From Promethearchaeota archaeon Loki_b32 (GTDB taxonomy: Archaea > Asgardarchaeota > Lokiarchaeia > Sigyniarchaeales > SOKP01), in assembly GCA_005223125.1 (NCBI GenBank), contig NJBH01000004.1:127401-191400 (forward strand): a stretch of DNA of 64,000 nt. The letters run 5' to 3'. The notes under the pieces were generated by a model, which searched no databases, had not been told where the DNA came from, and saw only the letters and a list, made by a program, of their open reading frames with translations. The first letter of the stretch is position 1, and every line of letters begins with the position of its first letter. Shown in pieces: positions 43,782 through 54,738 of the stretch. Made by a program: the position numbers and the translations under genes.

Positions 43782-45122
43782 TTATGATGTGACAGTTAAG
43801 TTTTCAAATACCATGTAAGGGAATAGTGTATTAACAAAATATTCTCGTTCTTTTGAGATATATAAACAATTTCTTATCATTTTAAAAACATTCCCACTAA
43901 TATTACCAAGCCTAATTGGATTCTCAAATTTACCATTTTTTATATAGTATCCAAACCTTATTTCTGCTCCAAAGTTTCCAGATAATTCACTAGGTCGTAA
44001 CCAAGAAAATTGTTCTACATAATAACCCTCATTAATTTGTGAGATAATTTCTTCTAAGTTCATATCTCCAGGTAAAATCTCTAAGTTACTAACTCCGTTT
44101 TCAACACCACCAGACATCGTTCTTACTCCATTTCCAGTTGGTTCTTTATTTTCTAAAATTGCATACTTCTGATCATACAGCCGTTTTTGAAAAATTCCTT
44201 TCCTTATTATTTCATTTCTTTGATGTGGTGAACCTTCACCATCCCAACCATTAGTATTGAATCCTGATTTCATCAAACCGTCATCAAAAATGGTTATATT
44301 CTCAGAGGCTGCGATTTCATCGATTTTAAATCTAGATAATCCCTGATGAAAAGCTTTTCCAGAAGCATGAGCTCCTATTACAGGGTTTATTGCATTACTT
44401 AATACTTGAGGTGAAAAAATAATAGTTGCTTTATTATTCGATTTTGGAGTTTGTGCTATTAAAGTATCTTGAGCTAACTTTGCCCATTTTTTTATTCTAT
44501 CTGGAAAATTCAATTGATATTTTTCTTTAATGTATTGATACGGCCAATACTCTGCTAATTTACCATTTTCTTGGGCTTTTAACGATAATTCTATTAAAAA
44601 ATATGTTTTTAATGTGCTCAAATCGAGGTTATTACTATTTCTTAGAAATACTTCATCTATATGAACGCTAAAACGCCCAAAAGTAGGTTGTATTTCTTGT
44701 TGTTGTTTAATTTCAGATAATAATTCTTCAGTTGAATCATTTTTAATACCAAGAGGATCCTGAACTATTTTAGCATCAGAGATTGATATATTTGGTATTG
44801 TACCTTTACCGGGAAAATAGTATCCAGAACTCAAATTAGTTTTTGCTAGTAAGATACAAGTATCGATACTTCTCTCAATTTCTTTTGAATCCAGTGAATT
44901 TCCTTTAACTAATCCGATTCCAGTTTTATCTTCCTTCTGAGAGAGTATTCTTAAGATATATTCAAAATTACTAACATTCCTTTCATTATCAACTTTATCT
45001 TTTAGAAGTATCGACTCATAGGCATTTCTTTCAATAAGGAATATTTCATATTCATTAACATTCTTAGATTTTATACTTTTCTCAATTAAGTCTAATTTGT
45101 TATTGTCCATTTTTATTTTCAC
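43782..45122 (-). CDS. pmbA: PmbA/TldE family protein
   Basis: WDGEG, TGNG, SGNF; no HExxH; paired with tldD. Confidence 0.85.
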   Translation of the reverse strand: MKIKMDNNKLDLIEKSIKSKNVNEYEIFLIERNAYESILLKDKVDNERNVSNFEYILRILSQKEDKTGIGLVKGNSLDSKEIERSIDTCILLAKTNLSSGYYFPGKGTIPNISISDAKIVQDPLGIKNDSTEELLSEIKQQQEIQPTFGRFSVHIDEVFLRNSNNLDLSTLKTYFLIELSLKAQENGKLAEYWPYQYIKEKYQLNFPDRIKKWAKLAQDTLIAQTPKSNNKATIIFSPQVLSNAINPVIGAHASGKAFHQGLSRFKIDEIAASENITIFDDGLMKSGFNTNGWDGEGSPHQRNEIIRKGIFQKRLYDQKYAILENKEPTGNGVRTMSGGVENGVSNLEILPGDMNLEEIISQINEGYYVEQFSWLRPSELSGNFGAEIRFGYYIKNGKFENPIRLGNISGNVFKMIRNCLYISKEREYFVNTLFPYMVFENLTVTS

Positions 45123-46501
45123 CCCGGACTAATAAGCACTTCTTTGATTTTTAAATAACTACCTCCATCCGAAACTGGTACATCATCAGCATGCCCCTTT
45201 CCACATACTCCTCCATCTAAATGAGTTGGATCCTTGCTTATTGCATCTATATTTTGTAATACATCTAATACATATCCAGTTAGCGCAATACTCCTCAATA
45301 ATTGAGTTTTTTCCCCATTTTGAATTAAATATCCCTTCTTAGACATGCATTGTAGCCCCCCGCCAATAGGGTCCTCCATACCGAAATATGAGTGATTTAC
45401 CATGACTCCCTCTTTAATTTCTGAGATCATTTCTTCTAAATCATAATCTCCTGGCTCAAAATAGGTATTCGACATTCTTGGATGAACTACATGAGCATAA
45501 CTTTGCCTTCTTCCATTACCCTGTGGATCTCCATTCAGTACTGAGGCACTTCTTCTGTCATAAATGAAATTTTTCAGTATACCATTTTCAACTAACACAT
45601 TTTTACCTGCTCGTATTCCTTCATCATCAAAAAAGTAAAATCCCAATACATCTTCAGTATTAGGAGTGTCGCAAATTACACAAATATCTGAAGCCACTTG
45701 TTTATTTAGTTTTTCTTTTAGATAGCTTCTTTCTCTTAAAACTTGATCAGCTTCTAATCCATGACCAAAACTTTCATGTGCTATAATTCCGGCCATTCCT
45801 GGATCGACTATCACTGGAAACTTACCTAATGGCGGTTTTTTAGCATTTAACATTTCTAATGATGTATTAGCTATTTGTTCTAGTTTGTTATCGGTCAGTT
45901 CGTCGAAAATTTCAAAACCAACTATACCATCAGTAAGAAAATGATCAAAGTCAATCTTCATACCCTCTTTGACAATTGGGATAATAAATAACCGTGTACG
46001 AGGGATAACTTGTCTCAATTGACATCCCTCATTATTTACGAATATACGCGTTGTTTCAGTTTCCATATATTTTATCTTACATAGAACTATTCTTTTATCA
46101 TAGTTTTGAACGAAATTGGAAATATACCTTATTTTCTTTAGTTTATCTTCAATTGAAACTTCTTTAGGGTTAATTTTAGGTTTAATTTCTTTATCTAATT
46201 TCCATCCTTCAAATTCTGCAATTTCTTCTCCTTTATTGATTACTTTTGGTAATTTTTCTGTTACATTATTTAGTTTAGAAAAATCATCAAGAGCTATTTC
46301 TTTCCAAGTTCCATCAAATGTTCTTACAACAATTCCAGATGTTTTTACATTTACTGAAATATCCTCAGCGAAGGGACTTTTTTCAATAAACACAGAAGAA
46401 AAAGAATCGTACAAAATATCAAAATACTGGTTTGATCGTTTAAAGTTACTTGAAATTTCTTCAAAGGAAGTAAAAATTTGATCATATGATTGATCAATCA
46501 T
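45119..46501 (-). CDS. tldD: TldD family metalloprotease
   Basis: HESFGHGLEAD, FDDEG, RMSNTY, CGKG. Confidence 0.92.
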   Translation of the reverse strand: MIDQSYDQIFTSFEEISSNFKRSNQYFDILYDSFSSVFIEKSPFAEDISVNVKTSGIVVRTFDGTWKEIALDDFSKLNNVTEKLPKVINKGEEIAEFEGWKLDKEIKPKINPKEVSIEDKLKKIRYISNFVQNYDKRIVLCKIKYMETETTRIFVNNEGCQLRQVIPRTRLFIIPIVKEGMKIDFDHFLTDGIVGFEIFDELTDNKLEQIANTSLEMLNAKKPPLGKFPVIVDPGMAGIIAHESFGHGLEADQVLRERSYLKEKLNKQVASDICVICDTPNTEDVLGFYFFDDEGIRAGKNVLVENGILKNFIYDRRSASVLNGDPQGNGRRQSYAHVVHPRMSNTYFEPGDYDLEEMISEIKEGVMVNHSYFGMEDPIGGGLQCMSKKGYLIQNGEKTQLLRSIALTGYVLDVLQNIDAISKDPTHLDGGVCGKGHADDVPVSDGGSYLKIKEVLISPG

Positions 46502-46632
46502 AATAAGTGGAATTTGAAATAAATTAATATATTTATGATTTTTATTTTGTTATGATTCTTATTACGAACATAAATTCTAATTGTTCTCTTGTTCAAAATT
46601 TAGAAATTCTTTTATAAAAAAGTTTCAAGCTA

Positions 46633-47550
46633 TTAAGTTTTAAAACTTTCTTCTGAATCTGTTGGATGTGTAAATATTTTTGAGTTATTCTCTAAATAAC
46701 TGATCCGTTTTTCTAAAATAGTCATAGTTTCTATAATGTTATTAAGAACTTTGTTAGTTTCTTTAATCCCATATTGAAGATCACCAAGTAGATTAAGTAT
46801 AAATGTCATAACCTTTGATTCTTTGACTGGAGTTATTAGCCAATTAATGACGTTTTGTACGAATTTTCGATTGTCAAAAGAATTTAATCCTATTCTAGAA
46901 TTTAAAGTAAAAATGTCAATATCTCCAAGTGCTACAACTTTTCCTTGACCAAATTCAGTATAGGCCGCAATTATTTGTTGTTCCTCTTTATCCTTGGTCC
47001 ATTTCTCAGAATTATTATTATAAACCTCAGACCAAACAGAATGATCTTTAGTTTGTAATAATGGTTTTACTTCTTTATTAATAAATAAGGAGCAAGCGCC
47101 TCCAATTATCATCTCTCTTAGATTTTTTGTTATTTGGTGCTTAAGAAAATCTTGAATATGTAATATACTTGTACAGTTTTGATTATTATCATTCATTTCT
47201 TTGATTAGATTCTTTTCGAAAAAGATTCCAAACTTTCCGGAAACATCATTAAGATTTGTTTTTTGAAGAGAATCAGAACCATATTCGCTTAATAACAATA
47301 ATCCACCCCCACTCCTCACATGATCAACAACATGTTTAATTTCTAAGCTTGAAAAAAAATCATCAATAGGATTACCGATGATTAAAAGATCGATATTTTC
47401 TAATATATCTTTCGTAATTTGTCCATTTTCATTTTTTTTTATTTTAAGATCTAATCTTTTAAGGAGATTTAGAAATTCCTTGAATTCATCCTCATTAGTA
47501 TTTAACATTTCATTGTGAGTTAAATCAATTAGAACGCTTTTTTTAAGCAT
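46633..47550 (-). CDS. GIFT/DUF4350 (class I GATase-like) domain protein with C-terminal coiled coil
   Basis: DLTHNE, DLLIIGNP, GGGLLLL, GQGKVVALGDIDIF, NRKFVQNVINWL. Confidence 0.75.
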   Translation of the reverse strand: MLKKSVLIDLTHNEMLNTNEDEFKEFLNLLKRLDLKIKKNENGQITKDILENIDLLIIGNPIDDFFSSLEIKHVVDHVRSGGGLLLLSEYGSDSLQKTNLNDVSGKFGIFFEKNLIKEMNDNNQNCTSILHIQDFLKHQITKNLREMIIGGACSLFINKEVKPLLQTKDHSVWSEVYNNNSEKWTKDKEEQQIIAAYTEFGQGKVVALGDIDIFTLNSRIGLNSFDNRKFVQNVINWLITPVKESKVMTFILNLLGDLQYGIKETNKVLNNIIETMTILEKRISYLENNSKIFTHPTDSEESFKT

Positions 47551-47750
47551 ATCAAAAACGATGAGGGCTTTTAGTAAGAATTATTAAAAATAGTTTGTGA
47601 CTTACAAGAAAATTCAAATATAAAAATCATTATATATCTAATTTTTTTCCGTTCTTACCATACCAAAAATTTTTTAAATTGTATTCAATAATCTTTTTTG
47701 GATTAGATCAAGTGATATAAATATGAAAAATATCAAACGGAAAATGATTT

Positions 47751-49084
47751 ATGACAAATAATCTCGCTATTATCGGTCTCTCCTGGGGAGGAAATATTGG
47801 GAATACCCCCACAATACCCTAAACGAAGGGAAAGGTAAATTTGTTGATTATTTTGCTCAAAAAGCGGATATTGTCGTAAGATATAATGGTGGAAATAATG
47901 CAGGGCACACAATTGTTGCGAATGGAATTAAGTATAAATTTAAGTTAATGCCTAGTGGAGCCCCTTTAGAAAAGGAATGTGTAATAGCGAATGGTTGTGT
48001 AATCGATCCAAAAGTTTTGCTTGAAGAAATTGAAAACCTAAAGAATTTAAATAAAAAAATAAATTTAAAGTTAAGTTCTACCGCTCATGTAATTTTTCCT
48101 TTTCATCGTATTTTAGATGGATTAGAGGAAAAAACCAAAGGAGATTATGCTGCTGGTACTACTAAAAGAGGAATCGGTCCTACTTATTCTGATAAAGCCG
48201 CCCGCTGGGGTTTAAGAATCTTTGATTTAATAAATCCTGAGATATTAAGACCAAAATTGGAAAGGCTATATAAAATTAAAAAAGATTTAATAGCAGTTTA
48301 TGATCCAAGTGTAGATATCGATTTAGATGCTATTTATGAAGAATACAAATCCTATGGTGAACAATTAAAACCTTACGTTATTGATACAGCTTATTATTTG
48401 AATAAAGCTGTTGATTCTGGCAAAAATATTCTTTTTGAAGCAGCTCAAGGCAGTTTACTCGGTATAGATCATGGATTTTACCCTTTTGGAACATCTTCTA
48501 ATGCAAACGCGTTAGGTATATCTGCTGGCACTGGAATTCCTCCTAAAAAAATAGATAAAATAATAGGAATAGTAAAGGCATATACATCTCGAGTTGGCGA
48601 GGGTAAATTCCCAACAGAATTATATAATGAAATAGCTGAAAAAATTAGAGAGCAGGGTCATGAGTATGGTACAGTAACCGGAAGACCAAGAAGAGTTGGA
48701 TGGTTAGATCTTTTCAATATTAAATATGGAATAATGATTAATGGTGTTGACAAAGTTATAATCACTCTTTTAGATGCGTTAGAAGGAATTAACCCAATTA
48801 AGATGTGTATTGATTATGAATTAGATGGTAAAAAACTTGAGAGTTGGCCAATCCAATCAGAGATAATTAAAAATTGTAAACCAATTTATAAAAGTTTTGA
48901 AGGTTGGGAAGAAAAGACAAGAGAAGAATGGACTAATATTGCTCTAAAAGGTTATGATGCCCTCCCAGAGACAATGAAAATATACATTCAAGCAATTAGA
49001 GAGGAACTTCAGACCGAAATTGCATTAGTTTCAATTGGTCCTGATAGAAGAGAAACTATTGAATTAGTAGAGTGTAATTTTTAA
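47751..49084 (+). CDS. purA: adenylosuccinate synthetase, join(47751..47790,47823..49084), 433 aa after removing a 32-nt insert
   Basis: Spliced N-terminus MTNNLAIIGLSWGDEGKGKFVD...RYNGGNNAGHT; GTTKRGIGP, KAYTSRVG, TVTGRPRRVGW. Confidence 0.93.
47791..47822 (+). other. putative BHB/BHL-type mRNA intron (32 nt)
   Basis: GGGG(47785-88)/CCCT(47817-20) 4-bp helix with cuts 2 nt downstream on each strand; internal TATTG/CAATA stem; removal restores the WGDEGKGK motif. Confidence 0.78.
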
Positions 49085-49102
49085 TTTTTTTATTCTTACT
49101 TT

Positions 49103-49675
49103 TTATTTTAGGCAAACTAAACCAAAGCGATAAACAAAATCATTAGGAGGCCATTCTAAATCAATATTTAAATTTTTAACAGTTTTAGTTACATCAACTC
49201 CAACAGCTTCCATTGAATATCTCATTTTGTCTGGATAACGACAAGGATCACCAGAATCATAAGTACATTCTTTATCTGTTTTATTATAACAGACTCTACA
49301 AAATCCATCCCATAAAACAAGTCTTTTTTTAAATAAAACCTGGTCATCTTCAATAAATTTATTTATTTCTTGTTCTAGTTTATCTCGAAGTAGGTTATTC
49401 ATAAAAAATGCGTTTCTTATATTTGTTTCATTTCTTTTTGGATGTTTTGCTTTTACTTCTTGGATATAATTACCCAAATTAAATTGAACATAAATAAGGA
49501 AGAATCTGTGATATTTTGAAACTTCTTGTTCTAAATATGGAGCTTCAGGCGGACACGCCCATGAATGTCCATAGCTAGGGCATTTAAAATTAGGATTCAC
49601 ACAATAGCTTTGCACTTTTGGATCAAAAAATATGTCCTCTAATTTTATTTCGAGAATTGGCAAGAGAAGTTCCAA
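49103..49675 (-). CDS. DUF2284 family metal-binding protein
   Basis: CPSYGHSWACPP, CRVC, CRYP, RYSMEAVGVDV. Confidence 0.88.
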   Translation of the reverse strand: MELLLPILEIKLEDIFFDPKVQSYCVNPNFKCPSYGHSWACPPEAPYLEQEVSKYHRFFLIYVQFNLGNYIQEVKAKHPKRNETNIRNAFFMNNLLRDKLEQEINKFIEDDQVLFKKRLVLWDGFCRVCYNKTDKECTYDSGDPCRYPDKMRYSMEAVGVDVTKTVKNLNIDLEWPPNDFVYRFGLVCLK

Positions 49676-49836
49676 ATTTTACTTTTAAAATGTAAATAAT
49701 TTGATTATTTAAAATTTTTGTTCAACTTAGTTTAGCTTTTATACTCATATAACTCTACTTGAAAAAAGAAACTTTTTTTAAGAAATGAATAATAGATGAG
49801 ATTATTAAAAATATTCAATTATAGTTAAAAGTAAAC

Positions 49837-50493
49837 GTGAATAGAATGAAATTTTTGAAAGATAAAAAAATCAAATTGTTAAATGCTTCAAATGAATTTC
49901 ACGCTCAGGTTTTGAAAGGTTCAGACTTACTTCATGAATGTATTAATGATCTTATTGAAGTAAAACTAAATAAGAAGAAATTAGAAGATGTTCTAAAAAG
50001 CGAACATGATGCTGATGTTGCAAAAGAAAATTACATAAAGCTACTTTATGAAGATAAGCGAGCTCTTCCATTCTTAATTGAGGATCGCTATAGACTAATT
50101 AAATATATAGATATTATCTCTGATAAATCTGAAGAACTTGCTCGTGGATTGCAAGTATTTCCTTTTGATTGTTATGACGATATAAAGGATGATATGAAAA
50201 ATCTAAACAATACTTATGAAGAATCTATAAAACTTCTAATTGAAATGATAAATCTTATGGAGACAGATTTTAAAACAGCTTTCGAAACATCCTTCAATAT
50301 GGAAACTCTAAAGAGAAAGGGGCGTGAATCCAAATATAAGATCTTAGATGTAATATATAAAAAATCAGAAGAAAAGTCCCTTCAAATATATTTGACCTCT
50401 AAAATATGTATTAAATTGTTTGATATGATCGGAATTGCTGAGGAAATTAGTGATTTTCTAAGAAGTTTGATTATAAAATATCCAAGTAAATAA
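49837..50493 (+). CDS. DUF47/PhoU-like phosphate transport regulator
   Basis: EHDAD, EDR...D..SD; directly upstream of pit. Confidence 0.82.
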   Translation: MNRMKFLKDKKIKLLNASNEFHAQVLKGSDLLHECINDLIEVKLNKKKLEDVLKSEHDADVAKENYIKLLYEDKRALPFLIEDRYRLIKYIDIISDKSEELARGLQVFPFDCYDDIKDDMKNLNNTYEESIKLLIEMINLMETDFKTAFETSFNMETLKRKGRESKYKILDVIYKKSEEKSLQIYLTSKICIKLFDMIGIAEEISDFLRSLIIKYPSK

Positions 50494-50508
50494 TAAAAGG
50501 CGATTTAA

Positions 50509-51465
50509 ATGGGTTTTTCAGTTATATTACTTACATTTTTAATAATAGTGATAATAATCGCGTTTGGAATTGGCGCAAATGATGAAACATTTGCAGGAAT
50601 CTACGGTTCGAGAATTCTAAATATGAAACAAATCATGATCTTAGCTGCAATTTTTGGTATAACAGGTGCTCTTATACTGGGTGAGGCTGTAAGTAAAACT
50701 GTAGGTAAAGGCATTTTAGTTAATCTTGATGATGCCATCGTGATAACAATTTTGATTTCTACTGCTATTTGGATAATCTTATCATCTGCGTTAGGATTAC
50801 CGATATCAACTACTCACGCAACAATCGGAGCTGTAATAGGTCTTGGTATAGCTCTTAATTCTAGTCTTGACTGGTTGAAAATACTTGAATTGAGCATTTG
50901 GTGGATATTATCTCCGATTATTGGCTATGTTGTTTCATTTATAGTTTTTAAGCTGATGCATGCTTATAAAGTCAAACATTTGAATGGATTTCAGAGTCTA
51001 GAAAAAACCGAAAAAAGTTTCACATATATTGTTCTAATAGTTATTTGTATCACTGCATTCTCAAGAGCGGGAAATGATTGTTCAAATGCGGTTGGAATTG
51101 TTGTTGGGATAGGAGATTTTCAAATAAATCTTCTTCTTTTAATAACAGGCTTAAGTTTAGCTGGTGGACTAGTTGTTTTAGGAAGAGGTGTGATTAAAAG
51201 TGTTGGAAAAATCACAGAGCTGTACCCAAGTACTGCTTTTGCAGCACAAATTCCTACAGCTGCGATATTATTCCTTGGTACTACATTAGGAATTCCTCTA
51301 TCGGGATCTCATATGTTAGTAGCCTCTCTTGTAGGATTATCTAAGGCAAGCCGTACTCCTACTAAGAAAGGTTTATGGAAAATAGTTTTAGTCTGGTTCT
51401 TAACATTTCCAATGGCGGCACTTCTTTCAATTGTACTATACTTCCCAATAAATGCTGTAATTTAA
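50509..51465 (+). CDS. pit: inorganic phosphate transporter (PiT)
   Basis: GAND, LPISTTHA, GND, IPLSGSH. Confidence 0.92.
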   Translation: MGFSVILLTFLIIVIIIAFGIGANDETFAGIYGSRILNMKQIMILAAIFGITGALILGEAVSKTVGKGILVNLDDAIVITILISTAIWIILSSALGLPISTTHATIGAVIGLGIALNSSLDWLKILELSIWWILSPIIGYVVSFIVFKLMHAYKVKHLNGFQSLEKTEKSFTYIVLIVICITAFSRAGNDCSNAVGIVVGIGDFQINLLLLITGLSLAGGLVVLGRGVIKSVGKITELYPSTAFAAQIPTAAILFLGTTLGIPLSGSHMLVASLVGLSKASRTPTKKGLWKIVLVWFLTFPMAALLSIVLYFPINAVI

Positions 51466-51566
51466 TTTCTGCTTGAATTTTTTAAAGTAAATTATATGGT
51501 CATAATTAAGAAGCGCATGTTAATTATGAAATTGAAAAATTTATAATAAAAACTTATAAAATAATT

Positions 51567-52609
51567 TCAAACCTTCGAAGTTTTCTTAATTTTTCCATAT
51601 GTTTTCTGTGTAACAAGGAACAGGAAGGTCTTTCATTGTTAATAAGCCAGTCTTTGCTTTTATTACTATTGGAATTAAGTTAGCAACCATTGCGGCTGTG
51701 CCCACATCACCGTGAACTCCACCAATAATTTTTTGTCGTATAGAAGGATTACCATTAATTTCTATACAACATATTCTTCATGTTCTCCAGCATAAGCTAC
51801 AAAATCTAAAAATATCAGTTCATTTTCTCCTTTTTTAGCTATTGCCTTACTTTGTAAACCACAAACATATCCTTTAGGGACTTTCTCACCATAAGAAGTA
51901 GTGAATTCTTTTTCAGTAATTACTTCTTTAGGAGGGAATTCTATGATTTCATCATATTGAAAACCGAGAGCGGCAACAATCATCTGAATAGAATGAGTTA
52001 AACCAACGTGGCTAGTTATTTCTTTTTGACTAAATTTTTGATGAAACTCCTCAGGTGATAAGCCAGTCCCGATCTTGCGTTAGAAAGGCTCTCTTCTTTT
52101 CGCTGAATTCATCATTCTCGTTACTTCAATTGATTTAACATTTTGACATGGAGCGGTAATTACAATTGGTAATAAACCCATAAGATAACCGGGATTAATT
52201 CCAGTTCCTACAACTGTAACATTGTTGGATTTTGCTAATGCATCTAATTCTTCAGAGAGTTTGGGATATAGTTTAAATGGATAAGATAATTCTGTACAAA
52301 TAGAAATTACATTGCTTCCCGAATTAACTGCCTGTTTAATTAAAGGGGCAACTTTTTCTAAAAAAGAAGAAGTAGCAATAATGACCACATCAACTTTTTC
52401 CTTAGAAAGCAAGACTTCTAAATTAGATTCGATTACAAGATTTAGTTCATCTTCAATATCACAAAATTTATTTAATTTTTCACCAATAAACTGAGGATCA
52501 ATATCAACTACTCCTTTTACATCAATATTTTTACGTTTAAGGAGGAGGGTTGGTATTAATCTCCCCATTGGTCCTAAACCTACTTGAATAATAGTAATGG
52601 TTTACTCAT
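51567..52609 (-). pseudogene. NAD(P)-binding dihydrodipicolinate-reductase-like / 2,4-diaminopentanoate dehydrogenase-like pseudogene
   Basis: GLGPMG, GTGINPG, RREPF*RKIGTG, GVHGDVGTAAM; frameshift just after ATG 52609, TAA at 52080, frameshift near 51765. Confidence 0.8.
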
Positions 52610-52685
52610 TTTTTCTGCCTTTATTGATATTTTTACTTTAAGTTATCTTCTAAAATTTTCATGTACTAAAATCTTTTTGTTGATT

Positions 52686-54026
52686 TCAGCCAAATCTTGA
52701 TTGTGAAACAGGATGTGCGATTTCTTCGACTACTTCTTGTATTTTAACTATATGATCATGAGTATGTGCCATAGAAATAGATCCCAAGCCATGTAACCCT
52801 GATACATTCCTATTAAAGAGTGACAGTTGTAGTAGAGCTTCTCTTTTTTTATCTTTAAATTTAATAATTTCCTGTATTGAAGGATTTTCGATCCATTTTG
52901 AAAGAGCATGAAGCATAATTATTGATTTATGTCCTTTAGCTAAAATTGGTAATTTTTCATCACTAAATAATTGGTTTAAATTATTTAACAATTTGCTTCC
53001 TTCTTGATTTATTCGATGGTATTCTTGATGAGAATCTTTCAATATTTCTAAGGTTTTTAATCCTGCAACCATACTAAGAGGATATCCTGAAAAAGTTCCC
53101 CCTCCAATTAATACTTGATTCTCTACTTCCGGGCTGGATTGTTCAATAATATCTTTTCGACCACCAACAGCCCCTATTGGCATACCCCCACCAATAATTT
53201 TTCCCATAGTTGTTAAGTCAGGGATTACATTTAATTCATTCTGAAATAAAGAATTGGTAAAACGATATCCCGTGATTACTTCATCAAAAATGAGAAGTAT
53301 TCCATATCGCTCAGTTTCTTCTCGTAGTTTTTTTAAAAATTCTTTCTCAACAGGAAAACCACCACCACCTCCCAATACTGGTTCTAAAATTATTGCGGCT
53401 AGATTATCAGAATTTCTTTTAATTAAATCAAAAGTACGGTCATTGTTAATCTCAAAAGTTAGAACTCCTGCTTCTTTTGCATTAGGAAGCCCTGGAGGTC
53501 CATTTCCACCAAAAATTCCTCCTACGTCATAATACAAAGTATCATTTGCTCCATGCCATCCCATCTGAGCTTTAGCTACAATCCTCCTTTTAGTAAATGC
53601 TCGAGCTAAACGTGAAGCATACATAGTTGCTTCCGTTCCACTCACACAAAACCTTATTTTTTCAATACCTGGATTGTCTTGAATTATTGCTTCAGCTAAG
53701 TTAACTTGGTATTCAGTATTTGTACCAAAATGCCATCCATAAGTTAAATACTCTTTTAAAACTGTTTGAATTTTAGGAGGATTATGTCCTAGAATCATTG
53801 CGAAATGACCATTCCAACAATCAATGTAGTTATTACCGTCAATATCTTTAAGATAAGGACCACTAGCGGAATTAATGAAAACGGGAAAAGCTCCAATCAA
53901 GGGAAGCCCAAATGTTCTGATATTATGAGAAATTCCTCCGGGTAAAACTTTAATTGCTCTTTGCCAGATTTCTCGTGATTTAGGTCTATTTTTTTGATAA
54001 GTATTTATTTCTTCTTTAACAAACAT
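52686..54026 (-). CDS. class III PLP aminotransferase (glutamate-1-semialdehyde aminomutase-like)
   Basis: SGTEATM, LIFDEVITGYR, PDLTTMGKIIGGG. Confidence 0.9.
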   Translation of the reverse strand: MFVKEEINTYQKNRPKSREIWQRAIKVLPGGISHNIRTFGLPLIGAFPVFINSASGPYLKDIDGNNYIDCWNGHFAMILGHNPPKIQTVLKEYLTYGWHFGTNTEYQVNLAEAIIQDNPGIEKIRFCVSGTEATMYASRLARAFTKRRIVAKAQMGWHGANDTLYYDVGGIFGGNGPPGLPNAKEAGVLTFEINNDRTFDLIKRNSDNLAAIILEPVLGGGGGFPVEKEFLKKLREETERYGILLIFDEVITGYRFTNSLFQNELNVIPDLTTMGKIIGGGMPIGAVGGRKDIIEQSSPEVENQVLIGGGTFSGYPLSMVAGLKTLEILKDSHQEYHRINQEGSKLLNNLNQLFSDEKLPILAKGHKSIIMLHALSKWIENPSIQEIIKFKDKKREALLQLSLFNRNVSGLHGLGSISMAHTHDHIVKIQEVVEEIAHPVSQSRFG

Positions 54027-54167
54027 TTAAACTAGACATTTTTTTTGTTTACCTTTGATAAATGACTAAAATATTAAAATATTAGAGTTATTTCTCAATT
54101 CTCCAATATTGAGAATTTTTTAAAATTTGACATTAAAGTTTATATGTGAAATAAATTACTGTAAGTT

Positions 54168-54725
54168 ATGGAAAAGGAGCCAGATAGAGTTGAAGTTGTT
54201 GATTTTTCTGGAGAAGAATTCAACAAAAGATCGGTTCCTTGTTCAGTTGGATTGCTAATAATGCTTACAGTTGCCTTAGTAAATATATTTTTGATGGTTT
54301 TTTTTCCAGGTACTTATATTAGTTTATTTGTAAGTTTAATAATAATTGGGGGATTTGTATTATATTATTCTTTTATCTTAACACAAAATCCTGGAAAAAT
54401 TAGAAAATTCTCAATTTCTGTTGAAAACATTGAAATTATTTTACCATATATTTCCTTTTTTAGAATTAAATGGTCTGAATTTGAAAAATTGGAAATAAGA
54501 ATGAGGAAGTTTAATTATAAACCATATTATCAATATGAACTTCATTTTATGAATCGTGATTCTGATAAAGTAGTCAAGTTAAGCTTATTAGATTTTCATA
54601 AAGTAAAAGTTGATCAAATTTTAGTACTGTTAAAGAATTTTTCTAAAATTATGAAGAAAGAATTCGCAGCTGTTAAAGTAACAAATATTTCAGGAATTAT
54701 CCAGGTTGAAAATTTCAAAATTTAA
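54168..54725 (+). CDS. two-TM membrane protein with probable PH-like domain
   Basis: Two hydrophobic helices followed by IKWSEFEKLEI. Confidence 0.65.
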   Translation: MEKEPDRVEVVDFSGEEFNKRSVPCSVGLLIMLTVALVNIFLMVFFPGTYISLFVSLIIIGGFVLYYSFILTQNPGKIRKFSISVENIEIILPYISFFRIKWSEFEKLEIRMRKFNYKPYYQYELHFMNRDSDKVVKLSLLDFHKVKVDQILVLLKNFSKIMKKEFAAVKVTNISGIIQVENFKI

Positions 54726-54738
54726 AGTAATTTAGAGC

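Noticed and set aside
1423-52082. Several in-frame TAA codons (1423, 19359, 26967, 43386, 52080) suggesting stop-codon reassignment
   Set aside because: TAA is the normal terminator of most genes here, and two of the affected genes also carry frameshifts; ordinary decay is simpler
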